Source: Camelus ferus (Eukaryota). Taken from it: a DNA stretch of 64,000 nt. Below, piece by piece: positions 1-12,818 of the stretch. The stretch lies in NCBI RefSeq assembly GCF_009834535.1, contig NC_045697.1, positions 58,840,001 through 58,904,000 of the forward strand, read 5' to 3'. Position numbers and translations under genes: made by a program. The notes below the pieces were generated by a model. The model saw only the letters and a list, made by a program, of their open reading frames with translations, was not told where the DNA came from and did not search any database. Every line of letters begins with the position of its first letter. The first letter of the stretch is position 1.

Positions 1-203
1 ATGTTGGGCTGGTTCAGAAGTGAACCCTCATCTCTTCCAAGCTTTGAAGCAAACCCACCAGAAAAATTCTGAATAGATTTTTCTCTTCTCTAACAAAAAT
101 AAAAGCAACAAAAATATTCTGAAAAAGAGAAAAGCACCTCACACACTTAAGTTTCAAAAGCCATATGAATTGAATTCAAACACTACATTTTTAAAAATCA
201 CAG

Positions 204-329
204 GAAATGGATGATAAAGGTTATATTCAGGATTATTTGTGTAAGTGGAAAACATGTCATGAAATGACAGAGGGCATGTATAGCACTCTACTATATTTGT
301 TCAAATCAACCACAAAATATACCATTGAG
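204..329 (+). pseudogene. Dynein pseudo-exon, end of AAA2 (EMDDKGYIQDYLCKW...LLYLFKSTTKYTIE)
   Basis: cag|...GAG|gtaagt; 126 nt, phase 0-0, still open. Resembles DLGWxPxxxSW...LxxLF. Confidence 0.65.
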
Positions 330-1042
330 GTAAGTAAAATTTTCCCACCTACAAAAAAATTTAATAGAATGCATTTATATAATACATTTTCAGGGCCACA
401 CAGCAAGTTTCTTGAAAGAGATTATAATCAAAGTTCTAAACATCTACATCAATGTTTCTTCAAATCATTAAACAAATAAGTTGTGAAATAAAAACGAATT
501 TTCAAAATGATGGTTGAGAAATACATATTCTGATATGCCTGAATGATGAATATCAATCCTTCATATCAGTGATGAACTTAATTCTATTCATTCAGCAAAT
601 ATAAATTAAGAATTAAAGAAAGTGCCAGACACCATTCCAGGTTACGGGTATTCAATGGCCAATAAAATATTGATCTATGACCTTACAGAATTTACAAAGC
701 AGATGGGAGAAAGGGATAAACATCGAAAACAATTAAATATACAAATGATTAAATAACCCACAAATAATAATAAGAACTCTGATGGAAACAAAACAAAACA
801 AAATATGATACTGTGAGAGAAAACAGCACAGTTTCACCAACTGCAGCTTGAACAATGTATCTGTCTCTGATTTACCCAAGAAAGTTGGGAATGTCTAAAA
901 TGATTTTAGCAAGATTGTTCTTAAAATTACTAAAACACAAGTTTAAAATCTTATAATGTTCAATGTTATTCAAAATAAATGATTTCATTAAGTCTTGCTC
1001 AAACTCTTAGTAGAGGAAGCTTCTGAAAACATATTATTACAG

Positions 1043-1188
1043 ACATTACTTGAATCAGAAGTTGTTGGAGGGGAGAGCAGAAAGAATGATTACATTCACA
1101 AATGGCTTTCTGTGATTCATACCAAAAAAGAATGAAGGAATAAAGTGCATTATTTTTCCCACTTCAATCAAACCTTGCCACTTTACAA
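1043..1188 (+). pseudogene. Dynein pseudo-exon, AAA3 P-loop region (LLESEVVGGESRKNDYIHKWL...*...HFN)
   Basis: cag|...AA|gtaggt; one in-frame TGA. Its phase-2 end matches the phase of the next exon at 1694. Confidence 0.5.
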
Positions 1189-1399
1189 GTAGGTTTAAAT
1201 AGATTGATAATAAGAAAATGTTGACATTTGTAAAGAGTAGGTGTTCAGATCTTTGATTTAATTGGCATAGAATGTAATACATATTGTTGAGAATGCAGCT
1301 GTAAGATGTATTCAATACTTTAAAAAAAAATGCCTTCCAGTTTACTGAGGTATAACTGACATACAGCACTGTATATTTTGTGTGTGTGTGTGTGTGTGT

Positions 1400-1524
1400 G
1401 GAGGGGGGGTAATTAGGTTTGACTGGTTTATTTATTTAATGGCAGTACTGGGGATTGAACCCAGGACCTCATGCATGCTAAGCACGTGCCCTACCATGCA
1501 CTCTATCATGAGCTACACCCTCCC
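1400..1524 (-). mobile_element. tRNA-Ala-derived SINE (Vic-1 type, camelid) with a small internal duplication in the head
   Basis: Minus strand reads gggagggtgtagctca...gcttagcatgcatgaggtcctgggttcaatccccagtac, then AT-rich and (CA)n tail. Confidence 0.85.
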
Positions 1525-1693
1525 TCCAGATGTATTCAAATTTAACAAAAATATAGAGGAGGCTACTAATATTAATAACAAATAATATATGGAGTTATAC
1601 TAATAACAAATTTGCCAATCTCTCTATTTCTAAAAATAGTTTATGTGGGCAAAGATATCTTGCAGATTTTAAGTCTCCAAATTGTCATTTCAG

Positions 1694-2220
1694 GACTTCA
1701 GGATTACAAGAAAAAATGAAAGTTGTTTTTAATGAAAGAATCCTTTTAATACCCAGAAATTTGCCAAACTCCAAGAAAAAAATCCATCATTAAAAATATA
1801 TAAATTCAAAATTATTTCCCAAGTTGACCTATCTTCTTGTCAACCATACTGGAGTCACTGAATTAAACTTTAATTATATCCAGCTGATCATCTATTTTCA
1901 TATTTATCACTTTGTATCCTCTGGTACTTCCAAGATCCTCGTTTAATGTTGACTATGGTTGATATATTCCACTATTTTTTTTTTCTAATTGAAGTATAGT
2001 CGATTTACAATGCTGTGTTAGTCTCTGATGTACAGCAGAGTGATTCAGTTCCATACACACACATGTATATATTCTTTTTCATGTTGATATATTTCACTAT
2101 TCTTTAAACAAGATTCTGTTCTTAATATTTAAGGAAGATTTTTTTATTACCTTGTTTAATGACTTGATACAATGATTTCAGAAGGCACTCTGCCAAGTTA
2201 TTTAAAAGCTAAAATTTGAA
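1694..2220 (+). pseudogene. Dynein pseudo-exon(s), AAA3 (TSGLQEKM...PNSKKKIHH; DPRLM...ILFLIF), interrupted by an L1 fragment
   Basis: tttcag acceptor. Resembles TSxxLQ...PP.KK.I and the xPRL arginine-finger motif. Right end approximate. Confidence 0.6.
1976..2082 (-). mobile_element. 5'-truncated L1 3' end with 18-bp TSD
   Basis: Poly-T + aattgaagtatagtcgatttacaatg. TSD gttgatatatt(c/t)cactat at 1958-1975 and 2083-2100. Confidence 0.85.
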
Positions 2221-2408
2221 GTTAGTTATTAAAGTTCTAAAGTGACACTGATATTGACAAATGACTATACACATACACCTTATTGCAATTATTACATTTA
2301 TTTATGCTTGCTTTCTCAATATATACAAGGATCACAAATCACACAGACACACACACACATACATATGGTTGCCTTATAAAAATGTGAATTTTTAAGTTAT
2401 TTTTCTAG

Positions 2409-2478
2409 TACTGCTGATGGTTTAGGTCTGATGAAGCTACACTATTTTTCTTGGTTTGATCTGAAGTATGCTTTCAAG
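2409..2478 (+). pseudogene. Dynein pseudo-exon, AAA3 lid (MKLHYFSWFDLKYAFK|)
   Basis: ttttctag|...AAG|gtgact. Matches KxHYxFNLRDLxxxFQ|G, with a phase-0 donor where I recall one in DNAH genes. Confidence 0.7.
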
Positions 2479-4089
2479 GTGACTGGTTACCAGTAAATGC
2501 CTTAGTCATAAAATAGAGTTAGGTTGAAGGATAGAGGTCACTTTGGCTTGAGAATGAATATATTTCACTTTAAAGAGTTTAAAAAATACCATTAATGCAC
2601 TTTAAAGTGTTTATTTTTCTTATTTATACACTTATTTGGCCAACGTTTTGTACTGTTTTTTACCCCATATGAACTTTTAACAAAAAGATACCATTGGTTA
2701 TTAAAAAAAAAAAAATCAACTATAATTATATAATAAAGTGTGAATAATATCTAGCTTTCTCACTTAATGTTTTCTTTGGTTATGTTTTACATCTGTCAGG
2801 TGAATGCAATTGAGTAAATATTCTATAGATATATATTGAATACAAGTCAGTAGAGATATTTTTAAAAATTCTTTATATTTATCAATTTTAATTTAATAGT
2901 TTTTTAATACAAAGTCACTCCAAAAAGAGATTCTATTCTAGTTCAGAAATTTGTGGGAAAATATGAATGATTTGATTTCTATTTAACAGAAACATAATTT
3001 ACTATTACATGAATATTAATTTAGGAAAAAACTCTTATAACATATTATGAATATAAGGAATTTTCCTGAAAAGAAGAGTAGGGAAAAGGGAAAATCTAGA
3101 AACAGATATATGTTCATTCAATCACTCACTTATTCAATATGTATTAAATGTCTATTTACCATGTACGGAATACGTTCAGGCACTTGAAAATTTAAAAATA
3201 AAAATAAAATGTTTCCTCTCCAGGGAGCCAGGACGCAGATATAATTAAAATCTATGTACTATAATGATAACATTTAAATCCAATTTCACTAATCAATAGC
3301 TCATATTTGGAAGAAAGTGAGAGAAAATCTGAAACCCTAGAATATTCAAGATTATAAAATACTAGGGCCAACTGAAATTATACATTAAATTTATTTTATG
3401 AAGTTATTTTTTCAGATACAATAGAACAGATCCCACCAGATCCCAATACCTAACACCATGCTTAGCATGCACTTATTGAATAAGTGCCTTTATATCTCTA
3501 GTTTGTTCAGTAATAAATAACTGTTATTTTGGTCCTATATTCTTATCTCAGAAATGCACTAAGAATTTGCCACAAAAAACTGAACTTTTGGCAAAAGATG
3601 ATCATTTACATAAAGATGTTTAGAGACTCAAAGTCAAGCATCTGTTTGGGTGGTCTCAAAGATGAAGTAGATCACAGAATGGAGCCTTGAGAGCACACAA
3701 AATTTTCACATTTGTTAGTACTTACAAATCTCTGCAGTATTTAATTGCACATGATAGAAATTAATGCAGTGCAATTTATGGGGGAAAACTGTGAAATAAG
3801 TAAGTGAGGTTTTTATTAATCGCAAGTTGCTGGACATGTTGTTTAATTTATAGTATTTTGAGATATCACATTGCCATAAATATCACAAGTCACACGGTTT
3901 AAATTTTCTATGACTGGGAAATGTATTTTTCAATGTCTATATTAAAAAAGGGATTAATCTGTATTCTTTTAGATAATTCACATTGTCTCATAAATTGCTC
4001 TTTTTAAAAGCATATGCATTTAAAACTGTATTTCTTTTCTCACACTACAACATCTGGATAAACTAGGAATTTTAACTTCTAAGTCCAAG

Positions 4090-4272
4090 GACATTCTAAA
4101 CTATAAACTGGTTCACAAAACGAAATAGAAGACTATGTAAAGCTGAATGAATTGTGGTTTTTACTGAAGCAAAAAAATGACACGAGGAAGAGTAACTGCA
4201 CAGATACGATCTACGGAGAGCTGAAGTCTCTTCTGTACTGGTGGTCCCCTGATCAGTTTCTGTAGAGAAAAT
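4090..4272 (+). pseudogene. Dynein pseudo-exon (DIL...EDYVKLNE / VVFTE, cf. GIL...LxRLWxHExxRVFxD)
   Basis: caag|gac...AAT|gtaagc; frameshifted and stopped. Confidence 0.5.
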
Positions 4273-5112
4273 GTAAGCCCACTGAAATAATATCTGCACT
4301 TTTAAAAAAGTGGTCAATTGCATAATTATAGTGTTTTGTATGGTTTATGGGCTTGTTTACTGTAACACTAAATGTATTAAAGCAAGTTTTGCCAAGAAAA
4401 AGGATTTAAAACAAGCCAAGAGAATTTTTGAAAACTCTCTTAAATATTTTTAAAATCTTCAAAAAAACTCAAACAGTTCATTTGGGAAAAATCATCTGAT
4501 GTGAACCTCTTATTATTTTTTGTAAGTTAATACAATTTATTTATCTATCTACTGAGCTATTCATTCAACAAACAGCTGTTGAGTTGTATTATATGCCAAA
4601 AAATAAGCTTTATTCTCTGGGAGATGACTATGAATGTAATGAATATAAATATTTATGGTTCCTATCCAAAAGCTATTTATTCATGAGCAACTTTCTCAAA
4701 CTTTTTAAGCAGTAGTTTTCTTCTGTATTAAATGAGGATAATAATTTGAACCTCCTTCATAGGAATTAAATTAATTGTCAAGCATAGTGCCAGGCACATA
4801 ATAAGCACTCCATCAAAATGACATATCTAGTATGTTTCAATACTGCCAGAGTTTTAAGTGAATGTAAGAAATATATACAAAATCATTTCTGGTAGATGAA
4901 AGGGTATAAATAAAGGCATAGAGAGCCATCTGGGGGCCCTAAGTACACACAGGCATCCAATAAAATAACTATATGCCACCATGCTGCCCCAAACCTGTAC
5001 ACTCCTCAGATCTGAGTCCTCTAATTGCCTTGATGTCTGCAAATGTAGTATTTTATGTTTGTGGTCTCTGCTTCAATGTAAATCTCTTTTGGTTTTCATG
5101 CTTTTTTTTCAG

Positions 5113-5289
5113 ATCATATCTTACATCCTTTTGTGTCTTCACTGCTGAAAGATGTCTTTTGAGATAACCTTCATTTCAGAATCACTTTGACCAACCTTTC
5201 CCCATAATCCAGAGTCACTGCACTGCAGCCTCAATCATTTTAATTCTTACCCATTTCTCCATTTGGTTTAAATTGAAATAAACACAGAG
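5113..5289 (+). pseudogene. Pseudo-exon with very strong splice sites, between the AAA3 and AAA4 remnants
   Basis: Long pyrimidine tract + cag acceptor; GAG|gtaaga donor. Stops in all three frames; motif similarity weak. Confidence 0.45.
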
Positions 5290-5639
5290 GTAAGATAACA
5301 TATGTTCATTCAGTCTAGTCTGGCTATAGCTACAGGTGTAAGACAAAAAACAATACATGTTACTAGTGAATAAGGTTATGTTGAAAAGAGTACTGGGTTA
5401 GTTTTTTTTTCCTTCATTCAACGAATACTTATTGAGCTCCTACATGTAATCCAAAAACCTGGAGGACAGCAGTAAACTAACAGAAAACAATCTCTACCCA
5501 CATGCAGCTCAATTTCTGAATGGGAGAGACAGAAAATGAACCATAAATTTATGTTGTATCCATTAGGGGGAAGTATTATGGCAAAAAATCTAATAGACTG
5601 CAGTGTAAGTTCCTGACATTAAGCTTTCTAACTGTAGTG

Positions 5640-6070
5640 TAAGTGCAATACTAATCTACCTTCTGTCTCTATAGATGTGCCTATCTAGATATTTAATATA
5701 AATAGAATAATACAATATGTTGTATTTTATGACTAGCTTCTTTTACTTGGCATAGGGTTTTCAAGGTCCGTGTAAGTTATAGAATGTAACAGAATTAAAT
5801 TTTTTGTTTTAATTTTTCTGTAGAGGTGAAAGTCACATTGCGTAAAATTAACCATTTAAAATTGTATACTTATATGTCATTTAATACATTCACAGTGATG
5901 TGCAGTGACCACATATATCAAGTTCTAAAATCTTTTTGTCACCTCCTTCATTCTATATTATTGCTGAAAGATCTTCAATTGTATGAGCATACCACATTTT
6001 GTTTATCATTCATCAGTTGATGGACATTTGGATTGTTTTCATTTTTGTGTATTATTGCTGCTATGATATA
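5640..6070 (-). mobile_element. Old L1 (L1M) 3' fragments
   Basis: Typical L1M 3' text (ataccacattttgtttatcattcatcagttgatggacatttgg). Ends approximate. Confidence 0.7.
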
Positions 6071-7329
6071 ATTAGGTAGATTAAAAGATAAATGAAACTT
6101 GAGTGAGGAAAAATATAAGGCACCATAGTAAGTACAAAAACCACAATAGAACAAGTTAATAATTCAACCTAATTTACTTCCTGCCTTGAAAAGAAAGATG
6201 TTTGGAAGACTGGTGAATTCAGTAGGAGCTCCAGAGGGCCTGAGGAGTACCAGTCTAACTGGGTATTTAGATGATAGCAGAACAGAGGGTCTTGTCCTTA
6301 AATTTTAATGTATTTCTCTTCCTAATGCTGGGTTCCTTGTTTCAACAGTAGTACAAATTGAGCTTGACCTCAATAGTCTAAAGATTGTAGATACTATCCC
6401 TAATTTTCCTACCTATGTATGTATCTGCTTAACTTTTTTTTAGTAGTTATATGTAGGGTTATTTCTAAGAAGGGGTGATGAAGATCAGTGTAGGACACCT
6501 AATGGCCCCTAAAACATCCCTTGACACTAATCTTGCTGGACTTGATTTAGAAATGAGTGCAGCAGTTAAGTGTGCATTTTAATATTTTTTCTACTACTGA
6601 ACTAACTATATGACTTTGACAAACTATTAAACTTCTCTGAGCCTTAGCTCCTTATCTGGAAAATTACAGAGCTGACGAACTCAAAGGTCATTTAAAGTTG
6701 TAAAATTTGTTGAATTTTTTTCTGTAATTTTTCAGTTCTTGTCCTACATTTTCTACTAATTGCATAGTAATTTGGTAAACTTCTTCTCTGCTTCAGGCAC
6801 CTATTTTGTTATTATAAAATGTGGGAAGTAAATGATTAATAATGTTCTTCAAGCTCACAGTCCAAGTTAAATAGGTGATTGATGATACAACATGGCTAAT
6901 TTCATGTTATATAAGTTAGAATGTCTTGTTTTTTGTTGAGCAAATAGATCATATTTAATCAAAGAAGGAATTTTTTAAATAACAGTCAAAGGAAACAAAG
7001 GCACACATATATTGCTTATGATAGTAAAATGGTACAATTTTTACACTAAGTTATTCAAAGATATTCTTTAAGAACAAACTTCCTTGCATGAACTGTCAAA
7101 ATTGCACATATATGTAACAATTTTATTTATTAATCATACATGTCTTACCTTCAGACACATTAAAACTACTGAGCCTATGACAAAATATATTTTATTAATC
7201 TCCTATAATGTACCATGGATACCAAGAGAAATGATTCATATTTTAAAAATTAACTTTAAATAGCAGCTACAGCCTTACTAGGGAAAAAAAGTCTAGTTTG
7301 CTTTTTCTGAAGTGCAACTTCTCCTTCCT

Positions 7330-7748
7330 TTTATGTGTTGAATTGTGTCCCCTACCAAAATTTCTCTGTTGAAGTCTTAACTCCTAGTACCTCAAAATGT
7401 GACCTTATTTGGAGATAGGATCTTTACAAAGATAATCAAATTAAAATGAGGTTATTAGGATAGAGCAAAATCCAATATGACTGGTATCCTTATAAGAGGA
7501 AATCTGGAGATAGAGACAAAATATAAAGGGATATTTACAGAAAGAGACACAGAGAAAAGACAGCCATCTATTAGCCTAAGAGAAAGTCCTGGAACAAACT
7601 GCTCCCTCACAGATCATAAAAAAAAAAACAAAAAACCCAACAGCTTGATCTGGGACTTGTGGTCTCCAGAACTGAGAGACAGTAAGTTTCTGTTGTCTAA
7701 GCCTCCTAGTTTTTGGTACTTTATTACAGCAGCCCTAATAAACTAATA
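7330..7748 (+). mobile_element. MaLR solo LTR (MLT1A/B-like)
   Basis: ttgaattgtgtcccc...atgtgaccttatttggagatagg...tctccagaactgagagac...ggtactttattacagcagccc...aactaata. Confidence 0.85.
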
Positions 7749-8534
7749 AACTCCCTACAGTTCCACGTTCTTGGGCAAATCTTCTCATCTCCCTTTCCTA
7801 GAATCAATATACTTTTAGACTTTTCTCTTCAAAACTATGACTTGGAAATCACAAATCTCAAGTAAACAGTTTATAAATCCATACAAAATCAAGCAAAGGA
7901 GGGGGAAAAAGGACCATTTTAGAGTATCATAGCTGAAATAGATCCTCAAATCAAAGTAAACTGAAAAGCCCACATGCATAAACTGATATACCTAAGTTCC
8001 ATTGATTTTGTCTTCTATTTTAGAAATAATGTAGTGACAGTTAGACAAGATTTATTACCCTATATCCTCATCGACAATGCCAAAATGATATGTGATTAAA
8101 TATAAATTGTAAGTCTACTCAAAACACTAATATAGAGTTAGGGTCATCTTATGAGCAGCAAATAAACTCTCAAGATAGCAACTCTCAGCTTAGAATTAGC
8201 ACACCACAGGACAGGTGCTATGGCAAGATAAGAACAAACATGACATACAGATAAAAAGAATTTCTAAAGTCAACCTCAGTGAGAATTAAAATAATAATTC
8301 ATATTTTATTGGCAGACTTGTAAGAGACTTATAGGTTGTGATTCCTAATTTTCCATGAAACAGAATTAGAACAAATGTTAGGGTGTTTCATAATAGAGAG
8401 AAACATGTGCAGAGAATATCTGCTTTCTCTACAAGGACTTGACTAATACTTACTTAGCATAGGCTATGGAAAATTCAGGCGTCCTAAAGTAGAATCAATA
8501 TCCTGAAGAGATTTTTGTCTTTCATCTTTTCTAG

Positions 8535-8818
8535 GTCCCTGAATCAGATGTTTTAAAATAGCAGTAAACTACTTATTTTTCTTCCTGGAGAAGAGAAAAT
8601 GTATCGGGAACTTAAGGTAACTAGAGTTAGATGAGATTATCATTTATAGAGATACAGGCTGAAATAACTAAATCTTGTTAATTAAAAGGTCTATCTTTAT
8701 CCAAAACATGTATTACCTTCTTAACAATTTTCCTCAATCAGAAGATTGGAAATGAAATACTTTTTTCAAAATTATTTTAAGACAGCATTGTTAAATAATT
8801 TATCTACTACCAAATAAG
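8535..8818 (+). pseudogene. Two dynein pseudo-exons, 8535-8616 (IFLPGEEKMYRELK) and ~8689-8818 (LF*DSIVK...QIR|), preceding AAA4
   Basis: ttttctag|...AAG|gtaact and ...AAG|gtattc. Resemble F.DF..P...YxE and LFxDAxxH..RIxR. Confidence 0.55.
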
Positions 8819-9356
8819 GTATTCACCATGAAGTACTGAATCCTAATAGAAATGAGTCTTGAATGGTAGAATTTTCCCTGGATGGCAAAAAAAAAAAGAT
8901 AAAAAAACTTAGAATGTTTAAGTAGTGATCAGTATTATTAATAAAGCATACTTACATTCCTTAAGCACCTTGAGATAAAGTCATAATAAAGGTACCATGC
9001 TTATTTATCTACATTATACTATAGCCTTCTCAACTTTTTTTAAGTTATTAGTGACCTAAGTTATCATTCCCCTAAAAGAAAACATTTCCCCTAAAAGAAA
9101 ATTGCTATTACCATAAACAAATCAGAGAATCTGTATTTTTTTGACAATGAAAACAAAGCTATAACTGGAAAGCAAATAGACATTTCTCCTTCCCACTGCC
9201 CTACTGTCACAGTAAGGGAGATTGATGGATAGCAGGTCCTAAATTGGGGGGCCATATGAAACCAGCCAGATGGAGATGAATGGCTTATTTAGGTTATTAT
9301 AAAAAAGGTAGGTTACCCTCCCTTCTTCAAAGTAAGGTTTAAAAAAAATCAAGCAG

Positions 9357-9575
9357 ATTCAATGAGATTTGGAATATCCGGCATATTTGGCAGGACTGGG
9401 TTTCTCTATTGCTAACACTCTGTGACCTCCAAAGGCAGGTGTCCACCTTAATAACTAGGTGCTCAGACTATCCCATCATTTCGCAGAAGACAAACCTAAC
9501 TATCACAACAATTTCAAGATATAATAATTTGACCCTTGGAAATTTAATCTCCTAGTGACTTAAAGTTCAAATACA
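9357..9575 (+). pseudogene. Dynein pseudo-exon with degenerate AAA4 Walker A (AYLAGLGFS at 9381-9407, cf. ALLVGVGGS)
   Basis: Motif spacing A-x-L-x-G-x-G-x-S, followed by VLRLSH; donor ACA|gtaaga. Confidence 0.6.
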
Positions 9576-11583
9576 GTAAGATTACCATTAGTTTTTACAA
9601 TTACTAGTTTAAAATGTAGGGAAATGATGTTACATTACAAGTGATTTCTGGATACACAAAAGATACCTTATTAACAATTACAGTTAGCATGCATTATTTC
9701 CCGAAACAATTATTTATTGTACATCACAAACCAGTCACCATACTACAACAACAAAGACACATTCAAAAAGAAACATTCCTCCCCAGTTCATACTTTTATT
9801 TTGCTTCAGGCAAATAATCAATAACAATATAATAGGCTAAGTGCCAAAATAGAAGTGTGGAAGGTAGGCTACAGGAGCAGAGAGGGGCCTCTCTAATTCT
9901 GCCTGGCCAGGCAAAGAGTAACAGCACAGAAGGGCCTCTTTAGGATATAATGAGCCTTAAAGCTGAATCTTGAAAGATAATTAGGAGCTTGTCATGTGAA
10001 TCAGAGGGAGATGATTAAAGATCAAAGAGAAAGAAAAGAATTTCATATAGAGGGAATAGGCATGACTGAAGATGGCATGTCCACAGGGTAACAGTGCATG
10101 GAGTATCATATTCAATTCCTTCAAAGCTAATTTTTGTTCTATAAAACATATATAACACTAGACTAAAAACAACATGATTTTGATTATGCATAAACACCCA
10201 ATTATTTCCACTTTAGGTCAGTGGACTGTACACACTAATATGGACAATACGGACATAAGCAAATAGCGAAGAAAGACACAAATATTTTACTCATGCTTTC
10301 CTTGTTTCCTACATTTTTAGTCACACTTTCATCCCCTTATGGTACTGCCAGAAAAAAAAGTAACACATAACAAATATGTCCACACACTAAGTACAAAATA
10401 TTACAAAGCACGAACATTTGTGCTGGAAAAACCTACTGCCAATGTGTCAGATGCACTGACTATTAGTAGACAAGTAGAAGCCAAATTCAGCCTAATCGCA
10501 CTAAATGCCATGGTGGGTGCAATCCAAGCTTTTATTTTTAAACTTTTTCATTTTCTAATTTTTATTTAAGTATCCAGACAGGCCATAAACAAAAGCAGCT
10601 TATACTGGCAAAGGGAGGGCAATTGACAGAAGACTTTCAAGTCACCATGCAAAAATTAAAGGAAACTAAAAATCAGTGCGTAGCCACTGACTTATTTCTC
10701 TACTTAGATAATTTTATTTATGATTCAGAGAATAAAATTTGGAATTTTATGTACTGAGAAAGTGCCAACGGTTAGGGATGGTGATGGTGGTGATGATGCA
10801 AATAAGCTACCACTGCAGAGAGCTCACTCTGTGCCAGACAGCCCTAGATGTAGCAACATAACTTGCACCATTTATTCTTTACATAGCACAATATATGATG
10901 ATGATGATGATGATAATCTCTACGTACAACAAAGCATTTATTCTGCACCAGTACCTGTACTAAGCATTATTCTCATTTAATCCTCAATACAACTATTGTG
11001 TACCCACAGCATTCTCCTTTAATCCTTATAAACCAAGGGGTATTATAATCCAGATTTACCAATGAGACAAGAAGGCTCACAAAGTTCAAGTCATTCACTT
11101 ACTGTTCAACAGTACTTTGAAATTGTATAAGAGATCTGGGTATGCTTAATATGTTCCTCATGACCTAGAACTAGTACCCATTTCTGCCAGAAGCATAATA
11201 GGATCCCTCTTTAAAATAAAATGGTTCAATTGTAGAAATCTTAAGAGATTTTTTGAACAGCAATTGAATAATAGCAATAATGTTCTTCAAGCAATTTTAC
11301 TAGCAGTGAATTTGGATAGATAGATGTGTAAATAGACAGATATGTAGACAGGTAGATATCTAGAAAGAAAAAGAGAGATCTATCTTATTTCTGGTACTGG
11401 TAAAAGATAAGAGAACCAAAAGCAATTTTATGGGTTAGAGGTTCATCAAAGGGCTAAATACTAATTTCAAAGTGCCACCTTTTCTTAACTAGCATGTAAA
11501 ATAGGCATCCAATGAAGAATGGTAAAGTCCAGAAGGAAAGGAGCCAGGAACACATAACAAAAATGACTTAAAAGTATTACTGA

Positions 11584-11619
11584 TTTCTTGAATATGTGTA
11601 AACATATTTGACTGTCCTT
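11584..11619 (+). pseudogene. Dynein remnant at start of stalk (FLEYV*TYLTVL, cf. SFLEFIxxYxxLL)
   Basis: Direct translation; position collinear between AAA4 and the MTBD-like LKLVLEC at 12891-12911. Confidence 0.5.
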
Positions 11620-12299
11620 TATGATTGGATTACTGCATTCTGTTGATTCTTACTTTGTAGTTGGCTTTATTCCTTTGATAACTATTTTAAGTTTAAAAAG
11701 CTAAAGCTCTGGTCTTAGAAACAATAATCAGTAAATATACGTAACTAAAAAAATGTGCAGTATATCGTATATATGAGTTTACATGCAATATGATGTCTAT
11801 GTGCAGTCAAAATATAATAATTCTACCTAATAAAACTGAAAAAAGGAAAAAACAGGTATAATTCAACAAGTTTCCCATGTTAACCAGAGATCAATATCTA
11901 ATCCACAAATTTATTTTAAATCCTTTAAAAAAAAAGTATTACAATTCTATCAAAACTCCAGATTTCATCAGATTTTGTAGCCAGATAATTAAAGATATTG
12001 TGATGGGAAAAAATATAAACTTTAAAAATCAAACTAACTCAACAGGGGTACTTTAATAAAATGTAAGACATATATAATGACATTCCCAAAACTTGAGACA
12101 CTTTTAAAATCATATTTCACTAGCCACCATATCAAGGTTGCTTTTTTTTTTAATCCAAGAGTTTGAAACAGGGTTTTCAGATAAAGATCCATGCTACCTC
12201 AACTGTTTTGTAAATATTCTTATCCAGACAACCTGTTATTCCCTTATGAAAAATTGCTGGAGTCAATCACAGTTTTTTAATGTTTTCTCTAATATATTT

Positions 12300-12411
12300 T
12301 TTGAGGGTAATTTTGTTTGTTTGTTTGTTTATTTTAATAGAGGTACTGGGGATTGAACCTAGGGCCTCCTGCATGCTAAGCACACACTCTACTACTGAGC
12401 TATACCCTTCC
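12300..12411 (-). mobile_element. tRNA-Ala-derived SINE (Vic-1 type)
   Basis: Minus strand reads ggaagggtatagctcagtagtagag...ggttcaatccccagtacctc, then (AAAC)n tail. Confidence 0.85.
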
Positions 12412-12432
12412 CACCACAGTAATGATTTCTTT

Positions 12433-12818
12433 AAAAAAAAAAGAGGAAGAAGAAGAAGAAGGAGGGGGAGGAGGAAGAGGAGGAGGAGGAAGGAGGAGGA
12501 GGAGGAGGGAGGAGGAGGAGGAAGAAGGAGGAGGAGGAGGAGAAGAAGAAGGAGAAGAAGAGGAGGAGGAGAAGGAGGAGGAGGAGAGGAGGAGGAGAGC
12601 GAGGAGGAGGAGGAGGAGGAGGAGGAGGAGGAGGAGGAGGAGGAGGAGGAGGAGGAGGAGGAGGAGGAGGAGGAGGAGGAGGAGGAGGAGGAGGAGGAGG
12701 AGGAGGAGGAGGAGGAGAGAGGAGAAGAAGAAGAAGAGAAGAAGAAGAAGAGAAGAAGAAGAAGAAGAGAAGGAAGAAGAAGAAGAAGAAGAGAAGAAGA
12801 AGAAGAAGAAGAAGAAAA
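12433..12818 (+). repeat. 386-nt polypurine (GGA)n/(GAA)n tract
   Basis: Only one pyrimidine (C at 12600); perfect GAG/GGA run about 12601-12716. Confidence 0.98.

Noticed and set aside
1445..1524. tRNA-Ala gene
   Set aside because: Degenerate tRNA head with a SINE tail; the same applies at 12340-12411.
1..9600. Minus-strand exon-like segments (KAICECNHSF..., LLNNLAECLL..., ETDQGTTST...)
   Set aside because: Phases do not chain and no protein is recognisable. They mostly overlap the plus-strand dynein pseudo-exons and look like antisense shadows. Use in a non-coding transcript is not excluded.
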